Below, in pieces: positions 9,179 through 18,095 of a DNA stretch of 64,000 bases. Location: contig OY970359.1 of the NCBI GenBank assembly GCA_963718665.1, positions 320,001-384,000 of the forward strand. Direction: 5' to 3'. Numbering within the stretch: the first letter of the stretch is position 1; each line of letters opens with the position of its first letter. This DNA is from an uncultured Phycisphaerales bacterium (GTDB lineage: Bacteria; Planctomycetota; Phycisphaerae; Sedimentisphaerales; Anaerobacaceae). The notes beneath the pieces were generated by a model. The model ran no database searches. It was not told the DNA's origin and was given only the letters and a program-made list of their open reading frames with translations. The translations under genes were made by a program, and so were the position numbers.

Positions 9179-10453
9179 ATGAACAATCAAATTACATCGG
9201 TCAAAGCAATGGAAATTCTTGATTCTCGCGGGAATCCAACTATTCGCGTATTTTGCACGCTTAAAAACGGCATTACCGCCAAAGCGTCGGTTCCATCGGG
9301 CGCATCTACGGGAGAAAACGAAGCCGTCGAGCTACGCGACGGTGACAAAAAACGTTATGGCGGTAAAGGAGTGTTGAAGGCCGTTGAAAACGTAAATAAG
9401 CTCATAGCTCCCCAAGTAATCGGATTATACCCCGAAAACCAGGCCCGAATAGACGAGATTATGATTAAGTTGGACAGAACCCCCAACAAAAACAAACTCG
9501 GCGCAAACGCGATACTTGGGGTTTCAATGGCGGTCGCCCGCGCAGCGGCAAAAGCGGCAAATCGGCCTTTGTATGCTTATCTGGGAGAGCCATCAGCCGT
9601 GCGCCTGCCGATACCAATGATGAATATTCTCAACGGCGGAAAACACGCGGACAACAGCGTTGACTTCCAGGAATTTATGGTTATGCCAATAGGTGCGCCA
9701 ACTTTTGCCGAGGCCTTACGCTACGGCGCGGAAACATTTCACGCTTTGAAATCAATTTTGAAAAAGAAGGGATATACAACAAGCGTCGGGGACGAGGGCG
9801 GCTTCGCCCCCAATCTCAAAAGCAATGATGAGGCCTGCGACGTTATCGTTTCAGCAATTGAAGCGGCCGGGTATAAACCGGGAAAAGACATAGCCATTGC
9901 GCTGGACCCGGCAGCCAGCTCGTTTTATGAAGATGGAAAATATAATCTGGCAAAATCGGGGCAGGGACAAAAAACCAGTTCTCAAATGACTCAACTTTAC
10001 AAAGCATGGATTGAGAAATATCCGATTGTTTCTATCGAGGACGGCCTTGCGGAAAATGACTGGAAAGGATTTCAGGAGCATACTTCCGTACTTGGCGGCA
10101 AGATTCAGATAGTTGGAGATGATATTTATGTTACCAACACCGAATTTATAAAACGAGGAATTGAAGAACATACAACCAATGCCGTTCTTATAAAACTCAA
10201 CCAGATCGGCACCGTGACTGAGACAATTGAGGCAATCGAATTATGTCGTAAGGCGAAGTGGGGTTATGTAATTTCACATCGTTCGGGCGAGACAGAAGAT
10301 ACCTTTATGGCTGATTTCGCTGTCGCAATGGGCGGCGGTCAAATCAAGACCGGTTCTGCCTGCCGAAGCGAACGAATTGCCAAGTACAACAGGTTGTTGG
10401 AAATCGAAGCCGAATTAGGTAAGGCGGCGGTGTTCAGTAATCCTTTGGCATAG
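9179..10453 (+). CDS. eno: Enolase
   Basis: [43 protein letters not shown] and GQIKTGS. Confidence 0.98.
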   Translation: MNNQITSVKAMEILDSRGNPTIRVFCTLKNGITAKASVPSGASTGENEAVELRDGDKKRYGGKGVLKAVENVNKLIAPQVIGLYPENQARIDEIMIKLDRTPNKNKLGANAILGVSMAVARAAAKAANRPLYAYLGEPSAVRLPIPMMNILNGGKHADNSVDFQEFMVMPIGAPTFAEALRYGAETFHALKSILKKKGYTTSVGDEGGFAPNLKSNDEACDVIVSAIEAAGYKPGKDIAIALDPAASSFYEDGKYNLAKSGQGQKTSSQMTQLYKAWIEKYPIVSIEDGLAENDWKGFQEHTSVLGGKIQIVGDDIYVTNTEFIKRGIEEHTTNAVLIKLNQIGTVTETIEAIELCRKAKWGYVISHRSGETEDTFMADFAVAMGGGQIKTGSACRSERIAKYNRLLEIEAELGKAAVFSNPLA

Positions 10454-10472
10454 CGTTGAAAATGATTTGATA

Positions 10473-10685
10473 ATGGGATTAACAAAGGCCTTATTCTGTA
10501 TAGCAGCCATCTTAAGCGCTTTGGCGGCGATTATGGCCTTTCTAATTATTTATGGAGAATACGCGCATCATTATCCTGACAAGCGAAAAGTATTGAAAAC
10601 AGCTCTTGAGGCAGGCATTTTTACTCTTCTTTTCTTTTTTGCTTTGGGGTTGTTGTTGGCAATATTTTTGCCGTTGTATTTTTAG
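10473..10685 (+). CDS. Small two-TM membrane protein
   Basis: Two hydrophobic helices separated by YGEYAHHYPDK; tightly packed in the operon. Confidence 0.7.
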   Translation: MGLTKALFCIAAILSALAAIMAFLIIYGEYAHHYPDKRKVLKTALEAGIFTLLFFFALGLLLAIFLPLYF

Positions 10686-10690
10686 AAAAG

Positions 10691-11371
10691 ATGGAAGAAA
10701 CAAAAGACACTCGCATAAGAATTATCGAGGCGTTTTCTTCGAATGGATGCCCTTTGTGCGATATGTTGCGCCGGGATGAGCTTGATAGTTTGTATCAATG
10801 GGTGGGGCAGAGCAATAATAATGCCAAAAACTCTGAGCAAATAAAACGACTTTTAGACGCAGGCGGATTCTGCAACTATCACTTTTGGCAATTCCAGGAA
10901 ATGAGTTCTCATTATGGTAGCGCAAACATAGGCGCTCAATTAATCGAAAAACTATTAGAAATCTTAAGAGCGGATAAACAAAAATGTTTTGTCGATGCGA
11001 GTAAAAATGGAGAGAATCATTTGAAGATTTGGTTAATCGAGTGTCCTCTATGCTGCGAGTTGAGCAAAAAAAAAAGAGAGTATCTTAAGGAGCTATCGGT
11101 TGTTTTGACGGACAATAAGCATAAGACAGAGTACGAACAGAACTGTGGCCTATGCATACCGCATCTTATGAAAATTACAGGTTATGTTGATAACGATTCG
11201 CTCCTGGATATCCTATATGAAACAGAAATATATCAATTAGAAAAAATTAAAAGCGATGCCTCCGGTTTCGTCAGTAAAAGGTATCCGCCTCAACGTTGGA
11301 AACAGACCGAAGACGAAAAGAAGTCATGGTTTCGAGCCATTGAAAAGATAGCAGGCAGACGTGGTGCTTAG
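10691..11371 (+). CDS. Cys/His-rich putative Zn-binding protein (DUF6062-like)
   Basis: Duplicated motif CPLC...GFCNYH / CPLC...GLCIPH and C-terminal W..AIEKIAG. Confidence 0.65.
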   Translation: MEETKDTRIRIIEAFSSNGCPLCDMLRRDELDSLYQWVGQSNNNAKNSEQIKRLLDAGGFCNYHFWQFQEMSSHYGSANIGAQLIEKLLEILRADKQKCFVDASKNGENHLKIWLIECPLCCELSKKKREYLKELSVVLTDNKHKTEYEQNCGLCIPHLMKITGYVDNDSLLDILYETEIYQLEKIKSDASGFVSKRYPPQRWKQTEDEKKSWFRAIEKIAGRRGA

Positions 11372-11386
11372 AGTGGAAATAGCATT

Positions 11387-11656
11387 ATGGTCTATAAAAA
11401 AGAGTGTCAGCGAGATAAGAACGAACGACGCGAAGACGCACTTCGACCAAGTCGTTATCTTGGTTATGACCACGATTCTCTGGGTATGCACTTGGTTTCG
11501 CGAGAGGCCTACAAAATTGCTGTCCATTGTTTCAGACGAGCTATCTGGCTAAACCCCTTTGAGCCGGTGTTCAAAAAACATTTAGCGCTGTGCCTGTATA
11601 AACTTGAACGAAACACCGAAGCGATTAAGCGGCCTGATAACAAAAAGGACAGGTAG
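11387..11656 (+). CDS. Small tetratricopeptide-repeat protein
   Basis: SLGMHL...AYKIAVHCFRRAIWLNP...KHLALCLYKL is a TPR pattern. Confidence 0.7.
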   Translation: MVYKKECQRDKNERREDALRPSRYLGYDHDSLGMHLVSREAYKIAVHCFRRAIWLNPFEPVFKKHLALCLYKLERNTEAIKRPDNKKDR

Positions 11657-11665
11657 GCACTCAAA

Positions 11666-11719
11666 GTAGAGGTCATCAGCTTAATCAATCGCTAAGCAGT
11701 TCAGGCGAACCTCATCGCC
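11666..11719 (-). ncRNA. Fluoride (crcB) riboswitch aptamer 3 (orphan, convergent)
   Basis: The minus strand reads GGCGATGAGGTTCGCC-TGAACT-GCTTAGCGATTGATTAAGC-TGATGACCTCTAC with intact P1, P2 and pseudoknot. The first 17 nt are identical to aptamer 1. Confidence 0.92.
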
Positions 11720-11879
11720 TTTATCGATATGAACGGAATTTTATGTTTTCCCTGACGTTATAATTCAGAACGCACATTAGAAAAGCCCCATCCTCGCCCA
11801 CGGCAATCACACGTTCATGGTTGCGGAATGCGAGCAGGCCGAAATGAAACGGCACAAAGTGCATATAATCCGGAAATAG

Positions 11880-14162
11880 TTAATGTATCTTGTCGCTTTC
11901 GCGACTAAGCAGATAACGCCAAAGGGGAAACTCTGTATATGGGTAGTTGTCAGTAATAATTGATGTGGTTTCCGTAAGGTCATCCATACTTTTTCCATCC
12001 CGCATATAAAAAAGATTAAGCAGTTGCTCGCTTGTTATGCAGACCTTATCAATTTCACTCAAATCGTTTACAAGCTGAGGGTTTGTAAAGGCGTGCTCTA
12101 TCTTTGACCGGTCAACATTTGTCGGGGCAGAAGTGCCGAGCAGGTAAAAGCCCCGGTTGTGCGGGCCTTTCCAGAGGGTCATGTTCTTGAAAACGGAATA
12201 GAAAGTTTTACATATATACATACTATCCTGCTGGTTGCCCCCCAGGAACCACAGGCACATAACGCCGCCCGGCGTCAGGTGCTCCCTACACAGCGTAAAA
12301 AATTCCCGGGTATAAAGATTTACCGTGCCGGCATTGTAAACGGGAGGCGAAGGGTCAACAATAATTACGTCGTATTTGTCGGGACTCAGCAGCAAGAAGT
12401 TACGACCATCGTTGGCAATGAAACGGACATTCGGACGGCTTATAACTTTTTGTGCGTCGCTGTGATAATAGCCGAAATATTTATAAACCTCAGGCACAAG
12501 CTCAACACATGTAATATTCAAATCATCATAAATACACGCGGACCTCATGGTAGTCCCCATCCCGAAGCATATCATGAGCATTTCTTTCGGTTTATCAGCC
12601 AGCATAACCGGAAGATGTGCCATAAGTTTTGTCTCCGTGCACAAAAGGGTCTGCCCACAGCCGTTAATCCAGAGTTGCTTGATGCCGTCTCTGACAAAGC
12701 TGGTTACGGTTCCTTCCACGGTCTCCCGGTTGCGATATATCTCATAGTGGTTTGCGCCTTGTGCAATTCTGCTTTCAATGACGGCCAGAAACGGGTCTCT
12801 GCCTTTAAATCCAAGTGCAAGCAATATAACAATCGGAACTATTAGCAGAAACCTCAGTTTGTAACCCTTCGACGTGCGAGGTTCGAGCCACAAAAGAACC
12901 AATCCGAGCATGATATTTACGAAACCCAGTATAATTACGGTTTTGCTGGAGCCCAGCAGACTGATGAAAAGGAAGCCCGTAAAAAGAGAGCCGGTAACAT
13001 TGCCCACCGCATTAAATGTATACAGGATACCCACGGAAGTGCCAGCAAGGTTCGTGCTTTTGGCATAGCATAATGAGGCAATAGGAAATATGGCGCCAAA
13101 AAGAAGAGTAAGCGGCAGCACCAACACAACCGGCGAAAGCACCCTCGTTAAAAGATTGGTATCCAACGGACCGAAAAGATAAAGGTTGAAAATCGACAAA
13201 GCACCGATGGCCAACTCCAGGATTCCAAAAATTAACAGTGGAGTCCTGAGACGGTCCACATACCTGTTCACAAACATACTGCCAATCGCCACTCCTACAA
13301 GGAATATTGCCAACATACCGGAAAACGCGTATATCGAGGTCTGCAGAAACAGAATTAGCTGTCGCGTCCATACCACCTCATAGGCCAGTGCCGTAAATCC
13401 GCTTATCATAAACGCGATGAGCACCATTTTTCGCACCGTGTCCGAGTACATCGAAATGCGGTTGCCCACAGCATTGACAGCTACGTCGCGCGTGACGCCG
13501 GTTTGTCCGGTGAATCGTAATTGCCTGCGGTAAATAACAAATGTTATGAAACCGACCACAAGGTTTATTAACGCCCCAATGAATATGGTATTCCACTCGC
13601 CGATTGCGCCGATGGTAATGAAACCGCTCAGGAGAACACCCAAAACAGCTCCTAACGTATTCAATCCATACAACAAGCTGAAGTTCTTTCCGAACATCCC
13701 GCCTTGCCTGACAAGGTAGCTGGTCAAAGCAGGAAGTGTGCCGCCCATCAGCACCGTAGGAACCAGCAGCGAGAGAAAGGACACAACCACTTTTGACAAT
13801 GAAATCGCGGCGGCGCTTTGATGAGTGATTATAGAAACGAATTTGTAAACATCAACCGAGCCAATCAGGATGAAGGGTGTGACAATGGCAAAAACTGCGA
13901 GCCATATCTGCAACAGAGCAAAAATTTTCAACTGGTCATTGCGTTTATCAACAAGCCGGCCGAATATAAAGCTGCCCAGGGCCAACCCAGCCATAAAGGC
14001 GGCCAATGTTACGGCTGTGGCATAAGCGGTTACGCCAATTGTTCTTGAAAGGATTCTAAGATAGACAACCTCATAGATAAGGCCGCTGATTCCTGACGCG
14101 AAAAACAACAAAAAAACAATCTTTTGTGATACCGCCTGTCTGCTTGTTTTCACTTCTCCCAT
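11880..14162 (-). CDS. Fused membrane (MFS-like)/spermidine synthase-like SAM-dependent transferase
   Basis: Duplicated TM module (SGISGLIYEVVY / SGFTALAYEVVW, LYGLNTLGA) plus CVELVPEV, DGRNFL, YDVIIVDP, NLYTREFF and ITDNYP. Confidence 0.85.
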   Translation of the reverse strand: MGEVKTSRQAVSQKIVFLLFFASGISGLIYEVVYLRILSRTIGVTAYATAVTLAAFMAGLALGSFIFGRLVDKRNDQLKIFALLQIWLAVFAIVTPFILIGSVDVYKFVSIITHQSAAAISLSKVVVSFLSLLVPTVLMGGTLPALTSYLVRQGGMFGKNFSLLYGLNTLGAVLGVLLSGFITIGAIGEWNTIFIGALINLVVGFITFVIYRRQLRFTGQTGVTRDVAVNAVGNRISMYSDTVRKMVLIAFMISGFTALAYEVVWTRQLILFLQTSIYAFSGMLAIFLVGVAIGSMFVNRYVDRLRTPLLIFGILELAIGALSIFNLYLFGPLDTNLLTRVLSPVVLVLPLTLLFGAIFPIASLCYAKSTNLAGTSVGILYTFNAVGNVTGSLFTGFLFISLLGSSKTVIILGFVNIMLGLVLLWLEPRTSKGYKLRFLLIVPIVILLALGFKGRDPFLAVIESRIAQGANHYEIYRNRETVEGTVTSFVRDGIKQLWINGCGQTLLCTETKLMAHLPVMLADKPKEMLMICFGMGTTMRSACIYDDLNITCVELVPEVYKYFGYYHSDAQKVISRPNVRFIANDGRNFLLLSPDKYDVIIVDPSPPVYNAGTVNLYTREFFTLCREHLTPGGVMCLWFLGGNQQDSMYICKTFYSVFKNMTLWKGPHNRGFYLLGTSAPTNVDRSKIEHAFTNPQLVNDLSEIDKVCITSEQLLNLFYMRDGKSMDDLTETTSIITDNYPYTEFPLWRYLLSRESDKIH

Positions 14163-14225
14163 TTTCTCCTTTTTGCCCGGATTGGAGCAATAGACCTACC
14201 CTGGATAGATAATGCGTCGAAAGAC

Positions 14226-14296
14226 CTGGGGTACTAGGATTCGGACCTAGACTAACTGATCCAGAGTCAGTTGTGCTACCATTACACTATACCCCA
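14226..14296 (-). tRNA. tRNA-Gln(CTG)
   Basis: TGGGGTATAGTGTAATGGTAGCACAACTGACTCTGGATCAGTTAGTCTAGGTCCGAATCCTAGTACCCCAG folds as a cloverleaf with anticodon CTG. Confidence 0.93.
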
Positions 14297-14342
14297 ATAA
14301 AAGTATTGACCGCAGGTGCACATCTAATTTACACTGATTGTT

Positions 14343-14972
14343 ATGGATTTGCAACTATATTCAAGCGACGTAAAAAACGCGACGGACATCTTGAAGGACA
14401 TCCTGCTGTCATTCATACCGTTGTTCGTGGCAGTCGATGCAATCGGAGTGCTGCCGATATTTGTTTCGCTGACGGACGGCCTTGACAAACAGCAAAAAAA
14501 CAAAATCATAGTCCAGTCGATGGTAACTGCTTTTTTGCTGGCGGTCGGCTTTATCCTCATCGGCAAACTGGTATTTAAACTGCTCGGTATTACCATCGGG
14601 GATTTTATGGTCGCAGGCGGCGCGCTGCTTTTCTGCATAGCAATAATAGACCTTGTGAGTCATACCAAAGAAAGGCATATACCTGTCAAAGACCTCGGGG
14701 CTGTACCGATAGGTACCCCGTTGATTGTTGGGCCGGCGGTTCTGGCAACCTCGCTTTTAATAATCTCCGAATACGGTCTTCTGCCAACTGTCATCGCGGT
14801 GATTGGGAACATTCTTTTCGCGGGTCTAATATTTAGCGGCTCATACTGGCTAATAAAAGGTCTTGGCGAAGCTGGAACGAAGGCATTATCAAAGATAATG
14901 AGCTTGCTTTTGGCGGCGATTGCAGTGATGCTGATGAGAAAGGGCATCCTGCTGTTTGTTGGTCATGCCTAA
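14343..14972 (+). CDS. MarC-family inner membrane protein
   Basis: FIPLFVAVDAIG, FMVAGGALLF, AVPIGTPLIVGPA and KIMSLLLAAIAV. Confidence 0.92.
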   Translation: MDLQLYSSDVKNATDILKDILLSFIPLFVAVDAIGVLPIFVSLTDGLDKQQKNKIIVQSMVTAFLLAVGFILIGKLVFKLLGITIGDFMVAGGALLFCIAIIDLVSHTKERHIPVKDLGAVPIGTPLIVGPAVLATSLLIISEYGLLPTVIAVIGNILFAGLIFSGSYWLIKGLGEAGTKALSKIMSLLLAAIAVMLMRKGILLFVGHA

Positions 14973-15023
14973 CGAACCATCAGGCATTGACGAACACATC
15001 GTGATTGAAGATGATATTGCCAA

Positions 15024-15059
15024 CCCATCCTTCGCCCCTTAGGGGCTACGGAGGAGGGG
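15024..15059. repeat. Intergenic palindrome related to the 30-nt element
   Basis: CCCATCCTTCGCCCCTTAGGGGCTACGGAGGAGGGG shares the CTTCGC...GCTACG(A/G)AGG core. Confidence 0.55.
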
Positions 15060-15074
15060 CCGGAGACAGATACT

Positions 15075-15722
15075 ATGGCGATTTCAAAAACAGGACAATC
15101 GTGGGAATTCAGCAACTGTCTGTTAATTATTGCCCATCCCGATGATGAAACGCTGTGGGCAGGAGGACTGATGCTGCTGCACCCGCAGACACGCTGGACG
15201 GTAATTACGCTTTGCCGAAAAAGCGATCCTGACCGCTCCGCCAAATTCAACCGTGTAATGGATTATCTTGGCGCAAAGGGGATTATGGGCGACCTCGACG
15301 ACGGCCCGGAACAAAAGCCCCTTGCTGAAAAGGAAATCAGGAAAACAATCTTGTCGCTGCTGCCTATGGGCAAATTTGACCTGATTCTTACGCACAGCCG
15401 ATGGGGCGAATACACACGGCATTTGAGACATGAGGAAGCATCAAGGGCGGTATTATCGTTGCACACAACAGGCGAGCTTCCGAGCAAATTGATATGGATG
15501 TTCGCGTATGAGGACGGGGGCGGCAAATACCTGCCAAAACCCAGCCGGGACGCTGATATACAGATTTGGCTGCCCGATCCTATCTGGCAGGAGAAATACG
15601 GAATTATTACGGAAATGTATGGTTTTGCAGCCGACAGCTTCGAGGCCAGCTGCTGCCCGAAACAGGAAGGGTTCTGGCAATTCGGCACAACTGTTACGCC
15701 CAATCGAGGAGAAAAAAAATGA
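15075..15722 (+). CDS. PIG-L-family deacetylase
   Basis: AHPDDE metal-binding motif and THS..GEY..H.RH. Confidence 0.88.
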   Translation: MAISKTGQSWEFSNCLLIIAHPDDETLWAGGLMLLHPQTRWTVITLCRKSDPDRSAKFNRVMDYLGAKGIMGDLDDGPEQKPLAEKEIRKTILSLLPMGKFDLILTHSRWGEYTRHLRHEEASRAVLSLHTTGELPSKLIWMFAYEDGGGKYLPKPSRDADIQIWLPDPIWQEKYGIITEMYGFAADSFEASCCPKQEGFWQFGTTVTPNRGEKK

Positions 15723-16860
15723 AGGTGCTGCTGCTTTATGATTATCCGCCTTCGCCAGCGGGCCTTGCAACACAGGGGCATTTGCTGCACCGGGGCCTGA
15801 CGGAGCTTGGCGTGGACGTGCATTCGGTGAATTTCGAATCGGCGCAGGAAAAGGAATGGTATTACCGCTGGTTCGAGCCGGATATTGTTGTGGGCGTGGG
15901 ATACTGGGGGCATACGCCTAACTTAGTGCTTCACCCGCAAAGGTATGGCGTTCAACCGGTGCCGTGGTTAGTCGCGGATGGCTATATGGGCGATTATCAC
16001 GAGATACTTGAAAAACTGCCGTTGATACTTGTTACAAGCAAATGGGTAAAAAGCGTTTATGTTCGAGACGGCCTGAGCGGCAAGAATATCGAGGTGCTGC
16101 CCGTCGGCTGCGATACCGATGCCTTCATACCACGAGACAAAAATGACCCCAAGGTTGTGGCGGTTCGCGAATCGCTCGGCGTTGCGCCCGACCAGATAAT
16201 GATTATGACTGTGGGCGGCGACGCAACATCAAAAGGGCGCAGGAGGTTATGCAGGCGCTTGCTCTGATTGATACAAAGGCGCCTGACTGGAAATATGTCT
16301 GCAAGGTCTGGCCTCAGCCGAGAACTGAAAAGCAAAATTCAATCGATATGCAGTTGGCAACCGACCTGGGAATCGAAAAAAATGTTACCTATACGACGAA
16401 CGTTACGAGCCGGAATTTTATGCCTTATCTCCTGGCTGCCTGCGATATTTACGCGGCGCCATCCCGGCTCGAAGGATTCGGGATGATTCAGGTTGAGGCG
16501 GGCGCCTGCGGTAAACCCGTCATAGGCATAAAGGCAATGGGACTGCTTGATACTATCGTTGACGGCGAAACCGGCTTTCTGGCGGAGGTCTCAACCGAAA
16601 TCCGGCTAAGGGAAACGATTCTCAACGACGAATCAGGGCACAAAATAAGCCGCAAAGTGGTCTTCAAAGAACCGCGAATCGTCGATTACAGGGCCAGTGT
16701 GCACGATATCGCCAAATACCTGATGGAGCTTATGACCAACGCCGAATTACGAAAAAAAATGGGTAAGGCGGGCAGACAGCGGGTGGTCGAGAAATTCGAT
16801 TACCGCGTAGTCGCAAAAAAATTCGTCGAGATAATCTCAAAGCAGCTGGGAATTTCGTAA
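15719..16860 (+). pseudogene. GT4-family glycosyltransferase split by a single-base frameshift (real lesion or assembly error)
   Basis: MKVLLLYDYPP...VGGDATSKG continues in another frame as AQEVMQALA...APSRLEGFGMIQVEAGACGKPVI. One extra G at AAAGGG (~16232-16237) restores a single ORF. Confidence 0.85.
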
Positions 16861-16861
16861 C

Positions 16862-18037
16862 GTGAATAAATCTGATAAAGCATTGATTACCAGAGCAAAA
16901 GAGGCGGCGATAAAAGTCCTGCTTCACAATGCTCACGGCCCATACAAGGGTCTGCCTCGAACAGCCGGCTGGGGATATCCGGAACCATATACGCGCGACC
17001 TGATGGTATCGTCGCTGGGTATCCTGTTGACGAGAAACACCAAGTTAATCAAGTCCCTGCAAAAGACGCTCGAAACCGCCGCCAGCAATCAAAGTCCGCA
17101 GGGGCATATCCCGTCATTAGTTCACGACCGCGAAGACCGCGGGTCAAGCGACTGCACCCCCCTGTTTTTAACAGCCGTCGCCCTGTTCAGGCAGGTAACT
17201 GGAAAGAAAAATTTTCTCGAGCCGGCAATCCGCAAAGCGATTGTTTGGATGGAACATCAAAGCCCCACAAACCGCGTCCTCGTCGCCCAGCTGCCGACAA
17301 GCGACTGGCGTGACGAGCAATGGGTCCTTGGATATGGGTTGTATGTGAATACCCTTGTGTATGCTTATCTGCATTTGTTCGGACAACACAGGCGAGCGGC
17401 GGAGCTTAAGGAGCAGATGGGCAGATTTTTTGTGCGCGGTGACAGGCAAAACAGGCACATACACGAAGGACTTGTGTTGCCGAATAAACCATATTACGCA
17501 TTGTGGGCTTACAAGGTCTATAGAAGCGAACGCTTTGACCTTTTAGGTAATAGCATTGCGATTCTTACGGGGCTGGCATCGACCTCAAGGGCGAGAAGAA
17601 TAATATCGTGGGTCGAGGCGGAATGCCAGTCAATGAGAAAAAATGGTGAGCTGGCGGGGAATCTGCCGCCGAATTTCTTTCCATATATCAGGCCCGGGGA
17701 CCCTGACTGGTTTGCCAGATACGCGAAATACAACAAACCCGGAGATTACCATAACGGGGGTATATGGCCTTTTGTTTGCGGGTTTTATGTGGCAGTGCTT
17801 GTGGCGGCAGGCAAATACGAACTTGCCGAGGAAAAACTGCTGTCATTAACGGAACTTGTGAGGCCTGCCCGCAAGGCAAAGGTTGAGTTTGGATTTAACG
17901 AATGGTTCAAGGCACAAAACGGCATCCCCCGCGGCGAGGACTGGCAAAGCTGGTCGGCTGCGATGTACTTTTACGCCGCCCAGTGCGTAGAGCAAAAACG
18001 AACGCCTTTTTTTGACCGGATTCGGCAATTCGCCTGA
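16862..18037 (+). CDS. Six-hairpin glycoside hydrolase (GH100/amylo-alpha-1,6-glucosidase-like)
   Basis: YTRD, YHNGGIWPF, FNEW and QSWSAA motifs. Confidence 0.8.
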   Translation: MNKSDKALITRAKEAAIKVLLHNAHGPYKGLPRTAGWGYPEPYTRDLMVSSLGILLTRNTKLIKSLQKTLETAASNQSPQGHIPSLVHDREDRGSSDCTPLFLTAVALFRQVTGKKNFLEPAIRKAIVWMEHQSPTNRVLVAQLPTSDWRDEQWVLGYGLYVNTLVYAYLHLFGQHRRAAELKEQMGRFFVRGDRQNRHIHEGLVLPNKPYYALWAYKVYRSERFDLLGNSIAILTGLASTSRARRIISWVEAECQSMRKNGELAGNLPPNFFPYIRPGDPDWFARYAKYNKPGDYHNGGIWPFVCGFYVAVLVAAGKYELAEEKLLSLTELVRPARKAKVEFGFNEWFKAQNGIPRGEDWQSWSAAMYFYAAQCVEQKRTPFFDRIRQFA

Positions 18038-18095
18038 AAATAATCCCTGTGCCCTTTCGATTGACAGATATTTCCTGACCGGCTAACCTATACTT

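Noticed and set aside
11324..11527. 67-aa minus-strand ORF as the target gene of aptamer 3
   Set aside because: It lies antisense to the TPR and DUF6062-like genes, has no clear SD and has no recognisable motif.
16228..16240. Programmed -1 frameshift in the GT4 gene
   Set aside because: TCA-AAA-GGG-CGC does not fit an X XXY YYZ heptamer in the correct phase, and other G-run indels point to assembly error.
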